In this document: in pieces, positions 27,507 to 36,172 of the stretch
Numbering within the stretch: position 1 is the stretch's first letter
Layout of the letters: every line of letters begins with the position of its first letter
Source: Candidatus Woesearchaeota archaeon
GTDB lineage: Archaea > Nanobdellota > Nanobdellia > Woesearchaeales > SM23-78
Assembly (NCBI GenBank): GCA_016932315.1
Contig: JAFGDD010000008.1
Span: forward strand, 8,588-72,587
Reading direction: 5' to 3'
Length of the DNA: 64,000 nt
Made by a program: the position numbers and the translations under genes
Notes under the pieces: generated by a model
Database searches by the model: none
Seen by the model: only the letters and a program-made list of their open reading frames with translations
Told to the model about the DNA's origin: nothing

Positions 27507-28447
27507 GTTTCAGGCTTGAAAAAGTCTTTAAGCTTGTAAGTTCTATGCAGCCTTGTCTTGAGCTCTGGATCAGGATAGTTATTAGGGAACTCTTTGATTA
27601 ATGTAAGGAGAATCTTCTTGTGAGCATCTTTGAACTGCTCCTGGCTGTCAGCAATCTCTTTTTTCACTTTCTCAAGATCAAAAATTTTCTCTACGGAATC
27701 ATGAGATAATGATTGGAATATATGGCTTTCCACAAGCCTAGTTTGGAACTCTTTAAAATAATCTATTTCTTTATTGTAAATATCAGCATGCAGCAATAGC
27801 TTATTCTCCTTTACTTCAACCACATCATAAAGCGTTTCCAACGGTATTGGGCTCTTAAGAGGAATTTGCTCGCGAGGTCCTTTCTTTTTTGCGTCGGGCG
27901 CTACTAAGTCGTAAAGTCTTAGCATGTCATCTATACCCACTCTTATGCAGCCGTTAGAGCAAGGTAGGCCAATGGTGAATGCGTCACTTGTTGAATGAAT
28001 CACATATCCTGGGTTCATATAGCCAGAAGGCATCTTCATCAGGGTTCCTAAACCTCGCATCTTATCATAAGGCATTGGCAGCTTTAATGAATTGCCTTGA
28101 TCATCAAATGTCCATGTATCATACATAACTTCTCCCTTTTTGGCTCCGCGCTCAGGCTTATCATGCTCAAAAAAGAAATGAATCATAGGACGCTTATCAA
28201 TGATTTGTCCAGTCGTTATAGGAGTTGGTTTCCGCCAATACCTGCCTCGACCAACACCAACCATAAAAGTAAATTGTTCATTGAGCTTGTTACCCACATA
28301 ATTGAAGAGCTTTAACTCATAAGAAGGAATGTTAACCAAAACTTTTTGCTCTAAATGCTCTGGCACTAATATTTGGGGATCAAGAACTAATCCTGCTGAG
28401 AGCATTGCAGATGCTTTCATAAAGTCCCTTCTATTCATAGATCCCAA
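27503..28447 (-). CDS. L,D-transpeptidase (YkuD domain) with Tat signal peptide
   Basis: N-terminal MNRRDFMKASAMLSAGL twin-arginine signal. Catalytic GYVIHSTSDAFTIGLPCSNGCIRV (His...Ser-x-Gly-Cys-(I/L)-Arg). Confidence 0.7.
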   Translation of the reverse strand: MGSMNRRDFMKASAMLSAGLVLDPQILVPEHLEQKVLVNIPSYELKLFNYVGNKLNEQFTFMVGVGRGRYWRKPTPITTGQIIDKRPMIHFFFEHDKPERGAKKGEVMYDTWTFDDQGNSLKLPMPYDKMRGLGTLMKMPSGYMNPGYVIHSTSDAFTIGLPCSNGCIRVGIDDMLRLYDLVAPDAKKKGPREQIPLKSPIPLETLYDVVEVKENKLLLHADIYNKEIDYFKEFQTRLVESHIFQSLSHDSVEKIFDLEKVKKEIADSQEQFKDAHKKILLTLIKEFPNNYPDPELKTRLHRTYKLKDFFKPET

Positions 28448-28516
28448 TCCATATAACTGCTTTTTTATAAGCTTTATGAAAAATGGAGCAAAGGTAAAGA
28501 ACTAACTACTACAGGT

Positions 28517-29281
28517 TCATTTGCTGGCGACGAGGAGTGGCACCTTCTTGCTAGCCTTCTCTACTTCCTCGTTGAATTTCTCTTCCAGCATCGCAGGGTT
28601 CTTCCTGCACACCAGCTCTAGCGCGCTGGCTGCTGTGTGCGCTGACTTAAACCTGTTACCTCTCCTGTGCTTTAACTGCTGCTCCTCCTCAACATAATAG
28701 CTCCAGTTCTTAAGCATCAAATTTCTCTCGTATAATTCGTGCAAAAGAACAAACTTCCTCTCTTCAGGGCTTAAATCGTCATCAATCCATATCTCGTTCT
28801 CTGGCACAAAGGCATAGACCTTGTCATGGCCTCCTTCTGTGAAGCATATGTACAAGGCGCTCCTCACAAGCTCACCATCCACAATCCATACATTGACATC
28901 GCCGTATTCTGCAAGCAATTCCTTGTGAACCAGTTGAATAATATCGTTTTCAAAGCCCTGATTTTTTATCTCCATCATCTTCTTTGATTTCATCCTCTCA
29001 TCTAGCTCTTCCCTGTCTGCCTCGTCAAGGGCGTCATCATAGCTCTTTCCTCCAGTCATAAGTCTGTGCTCTGCTAACATGTGAGTTATGAAGAAGTGCT
29101 CTTCTCCTGGCGCGTATTCCTTGTCAATCCAGAACTCGTTGTCAGGTATGAAATCAAACCTTAGGTGCTGGCCAAAATTGGTGAACTCAATATCTATATT
29201 GTCCCTTATGTAAGTCCCGTCCACTATCCACACTGTAAAGCCAGAAATTTTTTTGAATTCCTGCAAATAAGGCGCATTCAT
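28517..29281 (-). CDS. Hypothetical protein built from two internally duplicated ~120-aa domains
   Basis: Both halves contain VWIVDG-IR-...-F-PDNEFWIDKE...H-LAEHRLM and VWIVDGELVR...FVPENEIWIDDD...LLHELYERNLM respectively. Confidence 0.35.
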   Translation of the reverse strand: MNAPYLQEFKKISGFTVWIVDGTYIRDNIDIEFTNFGQHLRFDFIPDNEFWIDKEYAPGEEHFFITHMLAEHRLMTGGKSYDDALDEADREELDERMKSKKMMEIKNQGFENDIIQLVHKELLAEYGDVNVWIVDGELVRSALYICFTEGGHDKVYAFVPENEIWIDDDLSPEERKFVLLHELYERNLMLKNWSYYVEEEQQLKHRRGNRFKSAHTAASALELVCRKNPAMLEEKFNEEVEKASKKVPLLVASK

Positions 29282-29367
29282 TTCTTATCGTCGATTATGA
29301 ATATTATACTATTTTTTAGGAATTATTAGAATTTAAATGTTACGATTATGAAAAATTTTTTCTACTA

Positions 29368-30084
29368 TCAATTCTTTGCCATCTTCCACAATTCCTGGAA
29401 ATACTGCTGGAATGATTTTGATACTGGTTGGCTCGTAATAAGTGTTGCCATCGGCGTGTCACCCCAGCTAAAAATGGCGGTTTTTTCTCCGTATACTATA
29501 ATTGTAACTGGAAGGGCTAATGAATCGGGCAGGTATTTAAAGCTTGCATAGGCAACTCTCCTCAACTCAATGTTTTTTCTGGCTGACTCTGCCTGCACTA
29601 TCTTAGAATCAATCCTTAGCTCCCTCTTCCTGTTCTGGAAAGCTACAAAATCGTGCTTCATTATCTCAAGAAACTTGCCTGAAGATCCAAAAGCCACGTA
29701 TTTCCTGTAAAGAAGCACATCATTGAGTATTGACTTTATGCCTTTTCTTCCTACAAAAATTTCTGTCCCTTCTTTTGCTTTTGAAGAATTAAAAAGAGCA
29801 TTCAGTTCAGGAAGCACATCAGAAATGGCTTCTTTCCGCTCCTTGAGCTGCTCGTTAAACACGTTAGGGTGTGCGGGCTTGAAGACTTTCCTGTTTGCTG
29901 ATGAGTAATGGCTCACCAACCCTTTCTCCATCAAGCGGTCAAGCGCATCATATGTTGCTGGCCTGTTCATCTGGGCTGCTTTGCTTATTCTTCCTGCCTG
30001 CGCTTCTCCTAATGACAGCAGTGAGAGATATATTCTTGCCTCATTTCGTGATAGGCCAAGGGATTCTAGTTTCTTCAAGTCCAT
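29368..30084 (-). CDS. TrmB-family transcriptional regulator
   Basis: N-terminal wHTH (LGLSRNEARIYLSLLSLGEAQAGRISKAAQMNRPATYDALDRLMEKGLV) plus a C-terminal TrmB effector domain. Confidence 0.75.
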   Translation of the reverse strand: MDLKKLESLGLSRNEARIYLSLLSLGEAQAGRISKAAQMNRPATYDALDRLMEKGLVSHYSSANRKVFKPAHPNVFNEQLKERKEAISDVLPELNALFNSSKAKEGTEIFVGRKGIKSILNDVLLYRKYVAFGSSGKFLEIMKHDFVAFQNRKRELRIDSKIVQAESARKNIELRRVAYASFKYLPDSLALPVTIIVYGEKTAIFSWGDTPMATLITSQPVSKSFQQYFQELWKMAKN

Positions 30085-30166
30085 TGTTGTAAATATCTTT
30101 ACAACATAAATTAATATATAAGCTTTATGATACTATTATCATGAAGTAACATTATGAGGTGTTAAC

Positions 30167-30664
30167 ATGAACAAAATCAGCAAAATAATCTCTGGTGCCG
30201 TAGCAATCGGCGCATTAATCTGCGGAAGCAGCATGACAGCATACAGGCTGGGCGCAAAACAACAGGTGCAAAAACCAAGCGGCTACTATCAAGTTGATAT
30301 TATCAGGCGCAACGAACAGATAGAAGATGTGAGAATCAGATATCACCAAGAGAATAATCCATTTGATTACGACCACACAAAGCCGGAAACCAATTATGCA
30401 AACCAATCGCTGGATGAATTAGCAAAAAAACTGCAAGAGCATGAGAGAAATAATTATCTGCTCATGAAAGAAGGATATGAAAAAAAAGATTTGCCCAAAA
30501 GTGTGATCGGAACAGCGAATCTGCTAAGTGCAGCCAGCCTATGTGAAGATGGAACAAACCAAACAATCAATAAAGTGATCTATCTAAGGCTTATGCATGA
30601 CAGCAACGTTAAGGTCATGGTAATAAATAAAGACTCAAATAAAAGAGAGCATAGTAACCGCTAG
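30167..30664 (+). CDS. Hypothetical N-terminally membrane-anchored or secreted protein
   Basis: N-terminal hydrophobic segment IISGAVAIGALICGSS, then a hydrophilic domain. Confidence 0.3.
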   Translation: MNKISKIISGAVAIGALICGSSMTAYRLGAKQQVQKPSGYYQVDIIRRNEQIEDVRIRYHQENNPFDYDHTKPETNYANQSLDELAKKLQEHERNNYLLMKEGYEKKDLPKSVIGTANLLSAASLCEDGTNQTINKVIYLRLMHDSNVKVMVINKDSNKREHSNR

Positions 30665-31168
30665 CCGAATATCTCAAAGAACGCTGCCCTCCTGATGCAA
30701 TAATCCGCGCCAATCATTCATATGCAAGCACTGCATAGAATAATGACACAAAAATGTTTATGCCTGCTGCAAACATACCTGCTCTTAGCAAGAGTAAGCC
30801 TATACTTGAATGGCTACTCATAAAAGCTAAGCCGCCCATGATGGCAAAGAAAGTCGCAACCGGCAATAATATGTCAATTCTAACCAAGTGTGAAATCAGC
30901 TCCGCAACCCTGAAGGCCGCAATGGACTAGTTTTTCCTCTTGTTTTTTTAACTCGTCGCGCCAAAAGAATAAAAGGCGTTAGTCCCGCAAGGACTTATGT
31001 TTTCTTGGTTAAGCTAGTATATATATTTTGCTATGAAAAATTATTGACGACAAAATAGACGAAAAGAATTGTTGGTGAAAATCCTTGAGATTGAAGCATG
31101 CCTTCTGGCCTAATCATTCCTTTCAGCATGCAAAAAATTTAAAAGAAAGGCTGAAAACTCATTGCTTA

Positions 31169-32152
31169 ATGAAAAGAATCAATCAGCTCATAATCATTGC
31201 TCTTCTTATATTCCTGATAGTGTGGGTTGTTGTGAAGAAGCAGGAACAATCCGTCATTGTGATTAACAATACTGATGGCAAGAATTTTTCATCTGCGTAT
31301 CCTATAATACTTGTGCACGGCTGGATGGGCAAGGCTGTTGATTTTTCTGATTACGCCTTAACCTTGCAGGAGGAAGGGGTGGCAGCTTACAAGGGAGCAA
31401 TTGATAGTGCCAGCGATAACTCGATATGCCCTGAGAAATGGCCTTCATCTATTAGCGTGAGTGCAGAGTATTATACTGAAAAGAACAAGAATCAAGGCAT
31501 TGAGGATTATGCAAAGGAGCTTGAGCCCATTATTGATCTTACCTTGCAGTGCACAGACTCTGACCAGGTTATATTATTGGCGCATAGCATGGGCGGGCTG
31601 GTTTCAAGGCAGTATATTGCAGAAGCAGGAGGAGGCCATGTAAAGAAGCTCATCACCCTTGCAACTCCTCATTACGGATTCAATGACTTCACCAGGTCAG
31701 AGATAATCCTTATGCTTCTTGACATATTCACAGGCAGGACTTTAGAGGTTGAGCAGATGATGCCTGACAGTGATTTCATAAAAAGCCTTGACAAAGAAGA
31801 CATTAGCTACAGGAATAAGATGGTAAGCATAGGCACTTATAATCTTGACAACGAAACATTATTGTTTGACCTTCCGGTTCTCACAGAGGATATGCGTGAG
31901 CAACAGAAGAAACTATTCTCAAACACAGACATCATAGTGCCTTTGGATTCCACCAAGCTTTCAGGGGCAAAATATTATCAGGTCAAGGGATGCACGCACA
32001 CCCAGATAATTAATTTTAAGAGCGCGCCTGGCAAAGGGCCTATTAATGATGCAAAAGCCTGCCCAGAAGCATACCAGCTGGTTAAAGACGAGATTGCTCA
32101 GCTATCCAACAGAATTATAATAACATACTCAGTTAGCCCTGGTGAATCTTAG
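31169..32152 (+). CDS. Alpha/beta-hydrolase lipase/esterase (PGAP1/LCAT-like) with N-terminal TM anchor
   Basis: GxSxG nucleophile elbow LLAHSMGGLVSRQY, ILVHGWMG oxyanion-region motif, N-terminal TM LIIIALLIFLIVWVVV. Confidence 0.6.
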   Translation: MKRINQLIIIALLIFLIVWVVVKKQEQSVIVINNTDGKNFSSAYPIILVHGWMGKAVDFSDYALTLQEEGVAAYKGAIDSASDNSICPEKWPSSISVSAEYYTEKNKNQGIEDYAKELEPIIDLTLQCTDSDQVILLAHSMGGLVSRQYIAEAGGGHVKKLITLATPHYGFNDFTRSEIILMLLDIFTGRTLEVEQMMPDSDFIKSLDKEDISYRNKMVSIGTYNLDNETLLFDLPVLTEDMREQQKKLFSNTDIIVPLDSTKLSGAKYYQVKGCTHTQIINFKSAPGKGPINDAKACPEAYQLVKDEIAQLSNRIIITYSVSPGES

Positions 32153-33370
32153 GTAAAGCCTTTTAACCATTTCTTTGCTCGCAAACCTGGCTAGTTCTTT
32201 CATCTTCTCAAAATCTATCTGACCCCCTTCAAAAGCTTTTTGGAGCTTGTACTTGTCCAAGATGCTGAAATCATCCCATAATCCTTGCAGCTTTAGCAGC
32301 TTTACAAATTCTTGGTAGCACTGATCTTCTTTTACAGGAAACTTTAAGCAGTCTTTTTTCCAAACAGTGACTGCTGCGTCAGAGCCGTACAGCCTATCCA
32401 GCTTTTTTGCTTCTGCAAACCTGAAAATCTTTTCCTTCAGCTCATCAATCTTTTTTGCCAGCCTATCTTCCTCTGCCTTGAGCACTGCATACTCATTCAC
32501 CAGCTTTACTCCGTCGTCAGCAAGAAACTCTTCTGGCTTCTTGTCTTCCAGCTCTACAAGGTGGCTGAATTTTGGGCATAAACTCCTGAAATCGCACCAA
32601 TTGCAAAGAGCGCTCTCATTAGGCTGGAAATCCTTTGTGCTCTCAATCTGCTTTATTGCATTAATAACTTCTTTCTTTAGCTCTCCGAGCTGCTCCTCGC
32701 TCCTCTCACTCCTAACCTCCTTGTCAAAAGCAAGGTAGTGCCATATCAAGATTACTTTTTTGCAGTCAGAGAACATCTCTTTCACAGCAATGGCATAAAG
32801 GGCTAGTTGCCTGTCAGTATCAGCATCATCCTGGGTAGGCAAAGTGTTTGCTGTCTTGTAATCATGAATCTCATAAATCCCGTCTTTTGGCGAGGCCAGC
32901 CTGTCAATAAACCCTTGGAGGACGTATTCTCCTTTCTCATCAAGCTTAATCTCAATTCTCATCTCAAGCCCAATAGTTTTTGCCTGGTCAAAAGGAGCAT
33001 AGCGATTATAATAATCTGTTATGAACTTCTCACCCATCTTCTTGAAATTATTCTTATCATACTCTTCGCGCACAATAAGGATGTTGTCGTTCCAGTTCTT
33101 CTCCCATTCAGAATTATAGAAGTCTAGCAGTTGCTGCAAAGAATTAATCTTCTGGAATTTCAAGTCCTTGTAAAGCTTCTCCAAAGCCTCGTGAACCCTT
33201 GAGCCAAGAAAAGCCTCTGCAGTGCCTTCAACCTCTACCTCTGCCTCATCAATGTACTGATACTTGAATTTTAGCGGGCACTGCTCAAAAGTCGAAATCC
33301 TGCTGTGAGAATAGATAGTCATAGGAAAAACAAAAACATAAGTCTTATTTAAAGTTTGTTCTGGATTCAT
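32129..33370 (-). CDS. PD-(D/E)xK nuclease of the Cas4/RecB/AddB-nuclease family with 4-Cys cluster and C-terminal coiled-coil extension
   Basis: YSHSRISTFEQCPLKFKYQY has the N-terminal Cys. GFIDRL...IYEIHDYKT is the D...ExK motif. QLALYA is present. CNWCDFRSLC supplies the C-terminal three Cys. No CRISPR array nearby. Confidence 0.6.
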   Translation of the reverse strand: MNPEQTLNKTYVFVFPMTIYSHSRISTFEQCPLKFKYQYIDEAEVEVEGTAEAFLGSRVHEALEKLYKDLKFQKINSLQQLLDFYNSEWEKNWNDNILIVREEYDKNNFKKMGEKFITDYYNRYAPFDQAKTIGLEMRIEIKLDEKGEYVLQGFIDRLASPKDGIYEIHDYKTANTLPTQDDADTDRQLALYAIAVKEMFSDCKKVILIWHYLAFDKEVRSERSEEQLGELKKEVINAIKQIESTKDFQPNESALCNWCDFRSLCPKFSHLVELEDKKPEEFLADDGVKLVNEYAVLKAEEDRLAKKIDELKEKIFRFAEAKKLDRLYGSDAAVTVWKKDCLKFPVKEDQCYQEFVKLLKLQGLWDDFSILDKYKLQKAFEGGQIDFEKMKELARFASKEMVKRLYLRFTRAN

Positions 33371-33385
33371 GCATAGCGAAAGTCT

Positions 33386-33519
33386 GAAAAAAAGTCGCCG
33401 CCTGGGCCTTAAGGTGAGCGAAGCGAATAGGAAGCGAAGCTTAACTGCAGGAACAAATTTTCTTCAAATTATTTGAGTCTAAAAATTTGCTGAGCTCACG
33501 GCCAAGGCGACTTTTTTCA
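33386..33519. mobile_element. MITE-like element, family A (TIR gaaaaaaagtcgcc / ggcgacttttttc)
   Basis: 13-14 bp TIRs. Near-identical in organisation to the copy at 40380-40511 (shared gagcgaagcgaa...taggaagcgaagctt...aattttcttca...ctaaaaatttgctgagc..acggccaaggcga). Confidence 0.6.
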
Positions 33520-33555
33520 AAACATTTAAATAATTCCTTAACAGAAGTTCTGGCT

Positions 33556-34149
33556 ATGGGAGTTGCGAAATTAAGGCCGGGGGACCCGAGGGATATCCTG
33601 GCTACCAAGTTTGAGATTGAGAATGAGGAAGTGTTCCACCTGAAGAACCTTTACAAGCTTGTTCATGAGTGGCTGGTTGATGAAGGTTTCGAGTCTGCTG
33701 ATGGCGACGCTGACAAGTTCGAAACACTTTATCTTGACAGGATGAAAGAGTCTGGCGAGAAAGAGCATCATATCTGGTGGCGAACAGTCCAGACTCCTAG
33801 AGGCAATAATTATTATAGGTATTTCCTGAAGATTGACTGGCAAACGCTTTACATGAAAAAGATTGAGATTATGCATAAAGGCCAGAAGTTCAGCACTAAC
33901 AAGGGAGACGTAATCCTTAGAGTTGAGGCTTGGCTCCAATTAGACTATGACGATAAGTGGAAGGATAGCAAGTTCTTATCATTCTTTGAAAGGTGGTTTA
34001 GGGAAAGGTTTTATCTTGATAAGATAAAGAGCTACAGGCAAGACCTCTACCTGACTGCATTCAGGCTGCACACAGTAGTCAAGCAGTATCTACAACTCAA
34101 GGCTCCTGTTGACTGGGGCAAGCCGTTCCACCCGGTAAAGGGATTATAA
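33556..34149 (+). CDS. Hypothetical protein
   Basis: ORF with start moved to MGVAKL to clear the MITE. W-rich (HHIWWRTVQTP, DWQTLYMKK). No recognisable motifs. Confidence 0.3.
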   Translation: MGVAKLRPGDPRDILATKFEIENEEVFHLKNLYKLVHEWLVDEGFESADGDADKFETLYLDRMKESGEKEHHIWWRTVQTPRGNNYYRYFLKIDWQTLYMKKIEIMHKGQKFSTNKGDVILRVEAWLQLDYDDKWKDSKFLSFFERWFRERFYLDKIKSYRQDLYLTAFRLHTVVKQYLQLKAPVDWGKPFHPVKGL

Positions 34150-34185
34150 AACCTTTATTCTTCTAATTTTAGAAAGTTGGGATGG

Positions 34186-34905
34186 TTAGAATAATGATTT
34201 AATATAACTTATTTCTTTTTTTACAAACTCCAAATCCTCTATTCGTATATCTTCTTCTATCACTATGGGCACGTTTAATTCCTTTACATTGCTGATTGAC
34301 TTAAGAAAGGTTGGCGAAACGCTCTGTAGAGGGACATGATCCTTTCCTTTGTACATACCGCTAAAATGAATCTGAGTAATGTTATCCCTAAAGTGCCTGA
34401 TAAGCCTTTCTGTTTCGTTTCGAGACCAAGAGTAAGCGTGTGCTACATCCAGGCATAATCCCATCCCTTTGTATTTCTTAAGTATTCTCTCGAGGTTTTT
34501 GATAGTGATATGCCTTTTTTTAGGCAGATTTTCAGTGGAGAAATGCATATCATATTTTGAGAGTATTTTAATATTTGGCAAATCATTAGGATGGATTATC
34601 ACATTCTTTGCGTTAACTTCCCTATAAACGGTCCTTATGTAATCGAGCTGCTTAATCAAATCATTCTCATCTGTTGAATTCCTGACCAGCTTGAAAGGAG
34701 CGTGGATGCTGACATAATCAAGATTACGCAGCCATTGCCTCTGAGCATCAGTCATTTTGAAGCTGAGCAACTCCTCTTTTGTTGACATGGTAAGTTCAAC
34801 TCCTAAAATATCAAGTTTTTGAGCGTATTTTATAAGTCTAGCACGATTTTTAAGCTTGGTCCAAGACCAGATATTCCCTAGTGCAAAGCAAAAAACTCTT
34901 TTCAT
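34186..34905 (-). CDS. Xylose-isomerase-like TIM-barrel (AP_endonuc_2) sugar-phosphate isomerase/epimerase family protein
   Basis: VSIHAPF, LCLDVAHA and IHFSG metal-ligand motifs characteristic of the fold. Confidence 0.45.
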   Translation of the reverse strand: MKRVFCFALGNIWSWTKLKNRARLIKYAQKLDILGVELTMSTKEELLSFKMTDAQRQWLRNLDYVSIHAPFKLVRNSTDENDLIKQLDYIRTVYREVNAKNVIIHPNDLPNIKILSKYDMHFSTENLPKKRHITIKNLERILKKYKGMGLCLDVAHAYSWSRNETERLIRHFRDNITQIHFSGMYKGKDHVPLQSVSPTFLKSISNVKELNVPIVIEEDIRIEDLEFVKKEISYIKSLF

Positions 34906-35007
34906 AATGTTGTTTCAACACATCAAAGTTATAAATTTTTCTAAGTTCTTAATCATTAAAATGAATAACAAATTTTATAAATATGCTCTCATGTAAATTC
35001 ATTTAAG

Positions 35008-36003
35008 ATGTTTGACATTATAACCATGGGCAGCAATACAGTGGACATTTTTGTCCACACAGACCAATCTGATGTCATTGACATTCGCTCGCGCTCTGGC
35101 AATCGGGAATTCATTTCTTACCCTGTCGGTACCAAGATGCTCATAACTAAGCACATGGAAAGCTTTGGAGGCAACGGAACTAATGCTGCTGTGACTTGCG
35201 CCAGGCTTGGTCTTAAGACTGCTTATCTGGGGGAAATAGGCAGGGATGATAATGGCAACAAGATTCTTGCCAACCTGAAGAAGGAGAAGGTTAGCTTTAT
35301 TGGGCCGCGAGGAGCAGAATCAGGTTTCTCAATAATACTTGACTCCATAGAAGAGGACAGAACCATTTTAGTTTACAAAGGATGCAATAATGATTTGAGC
35401 TACAAGGAGATTAAGACTGCCTTGCTCAAGACTAAGTGGTTTTATCTCTCTTCAATGCTCGGCGAGAGCCTTAATGCTATGAAGGCGGTTGCTAATTATG
35501 CCAGCCAGCACAACATCAAGATAGCTTTTAATCCTTCTGCTACATTGCTGGAGAAGGAGACTAAAACAGCCATTGACTTGTTAAGGTATAGCGACGTTCT
35601 TGTGTTGAACAAGGAAGAAGCAGAGTCATTAGTAGGCATGAACACTCCTGAGGTTAATATCAAGAAGTTATTGGTTTATGGCCCGCAAATAATTGCAATT
35701 ACTGACGGCAAGAACGGGGCAATTGCTTATCATGACGGCTATTATTACAAAGTACGCCCAAGACCTGAGGTAAAGGTTGTTGAGACTACAGGTGCAGGAG
35801 ACGCATTTGCAGCCACGCTCGTAGCAGGCCTTATCATGAAGAAGCCTTTTGAGCTCTGCCTGAAAATGGCTATTAACAATGCAGAATCAAACATCTCACA
35901 TGCAGGAGCCCAGGAAATCCTTCTCACAAGAAAGAAGATTCTGGAGATCGTGAAGAAAGACCACAGATCTGTGGAGAAGAGAAAGGATGGTCTTGCAGAT
36001 TAA
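35008..36003 (+). CDS. PfkB-family carbohydrate/nucleoside kinase (ribokinase-like)
   Basis: GGNGTNAAV N-terminal motif and the TGAGDAF anion-hole motif. Confidence 0.8.
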   Translation: MFDIITMGSNTVDIFVHTDQSDVIDIRSRSGNREFISYPVGTKMLITKHMESFGGNGTNAAVTCARLGLKTAYLGEIGRDDNGNKILANLKKEKVSFIGPRGAESGFSIILDSIEEDRTILVYKGCNNDLSYKEIKTALLKTKWFYLSSMLGESLNAMKAVANYASQHNIKIAFNPSATLLEKETKTAIDLLRYSDVLVLNKEEAESLVGMNTPEVNIKKLLVYGPQIIAITDGKNGAIAYHDGYYYKVRPRPEVKVVETTGAGDAFAATLVAGLIMKKPFELCLKMAINNAESNISHAGAQEILLTRKKILEIVKKDHRSVEKRKDGLAD

Positions 36004-36018
36004 TTCTTAGTTAGAGAC

Positions 36019-36096
36019 AAAATCATCGTCTGGGCCAAGGGCGAGCGAAGCGAACGAACAAAAATCTGTGCTGAGCGAGCGGCCAAGATGATTTTA
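36019..36096. mobile_element. Short deletion-derivative of the family-A MITE (TIR aaaatcatc / gatgatttt)
   Basis: Internal ctgggccaagggcgagcgaagcgaa...ctgagcgagcggccaag matches the core of the 33386 and 40380 copies. Confidence 0.4.
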
Positions 36097-36172
36097 GCAC
36101 TGAATTTCTGCGAAGAATTTATATATTAGAAACGCGGTAAATAAGATTATATGACAGGGAAAGAGGGTAGTT

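Noticed and set aside
30665-31085. Possible small minus-strand membrane ORF (MGGLAFMSSHSSIGLLLLRAGMFAAGINIFVSLFYAVLAYE)
   Set aside because: About 40 aa, no conserved motif, and an ambiguous start. Not enough evidence to call it.
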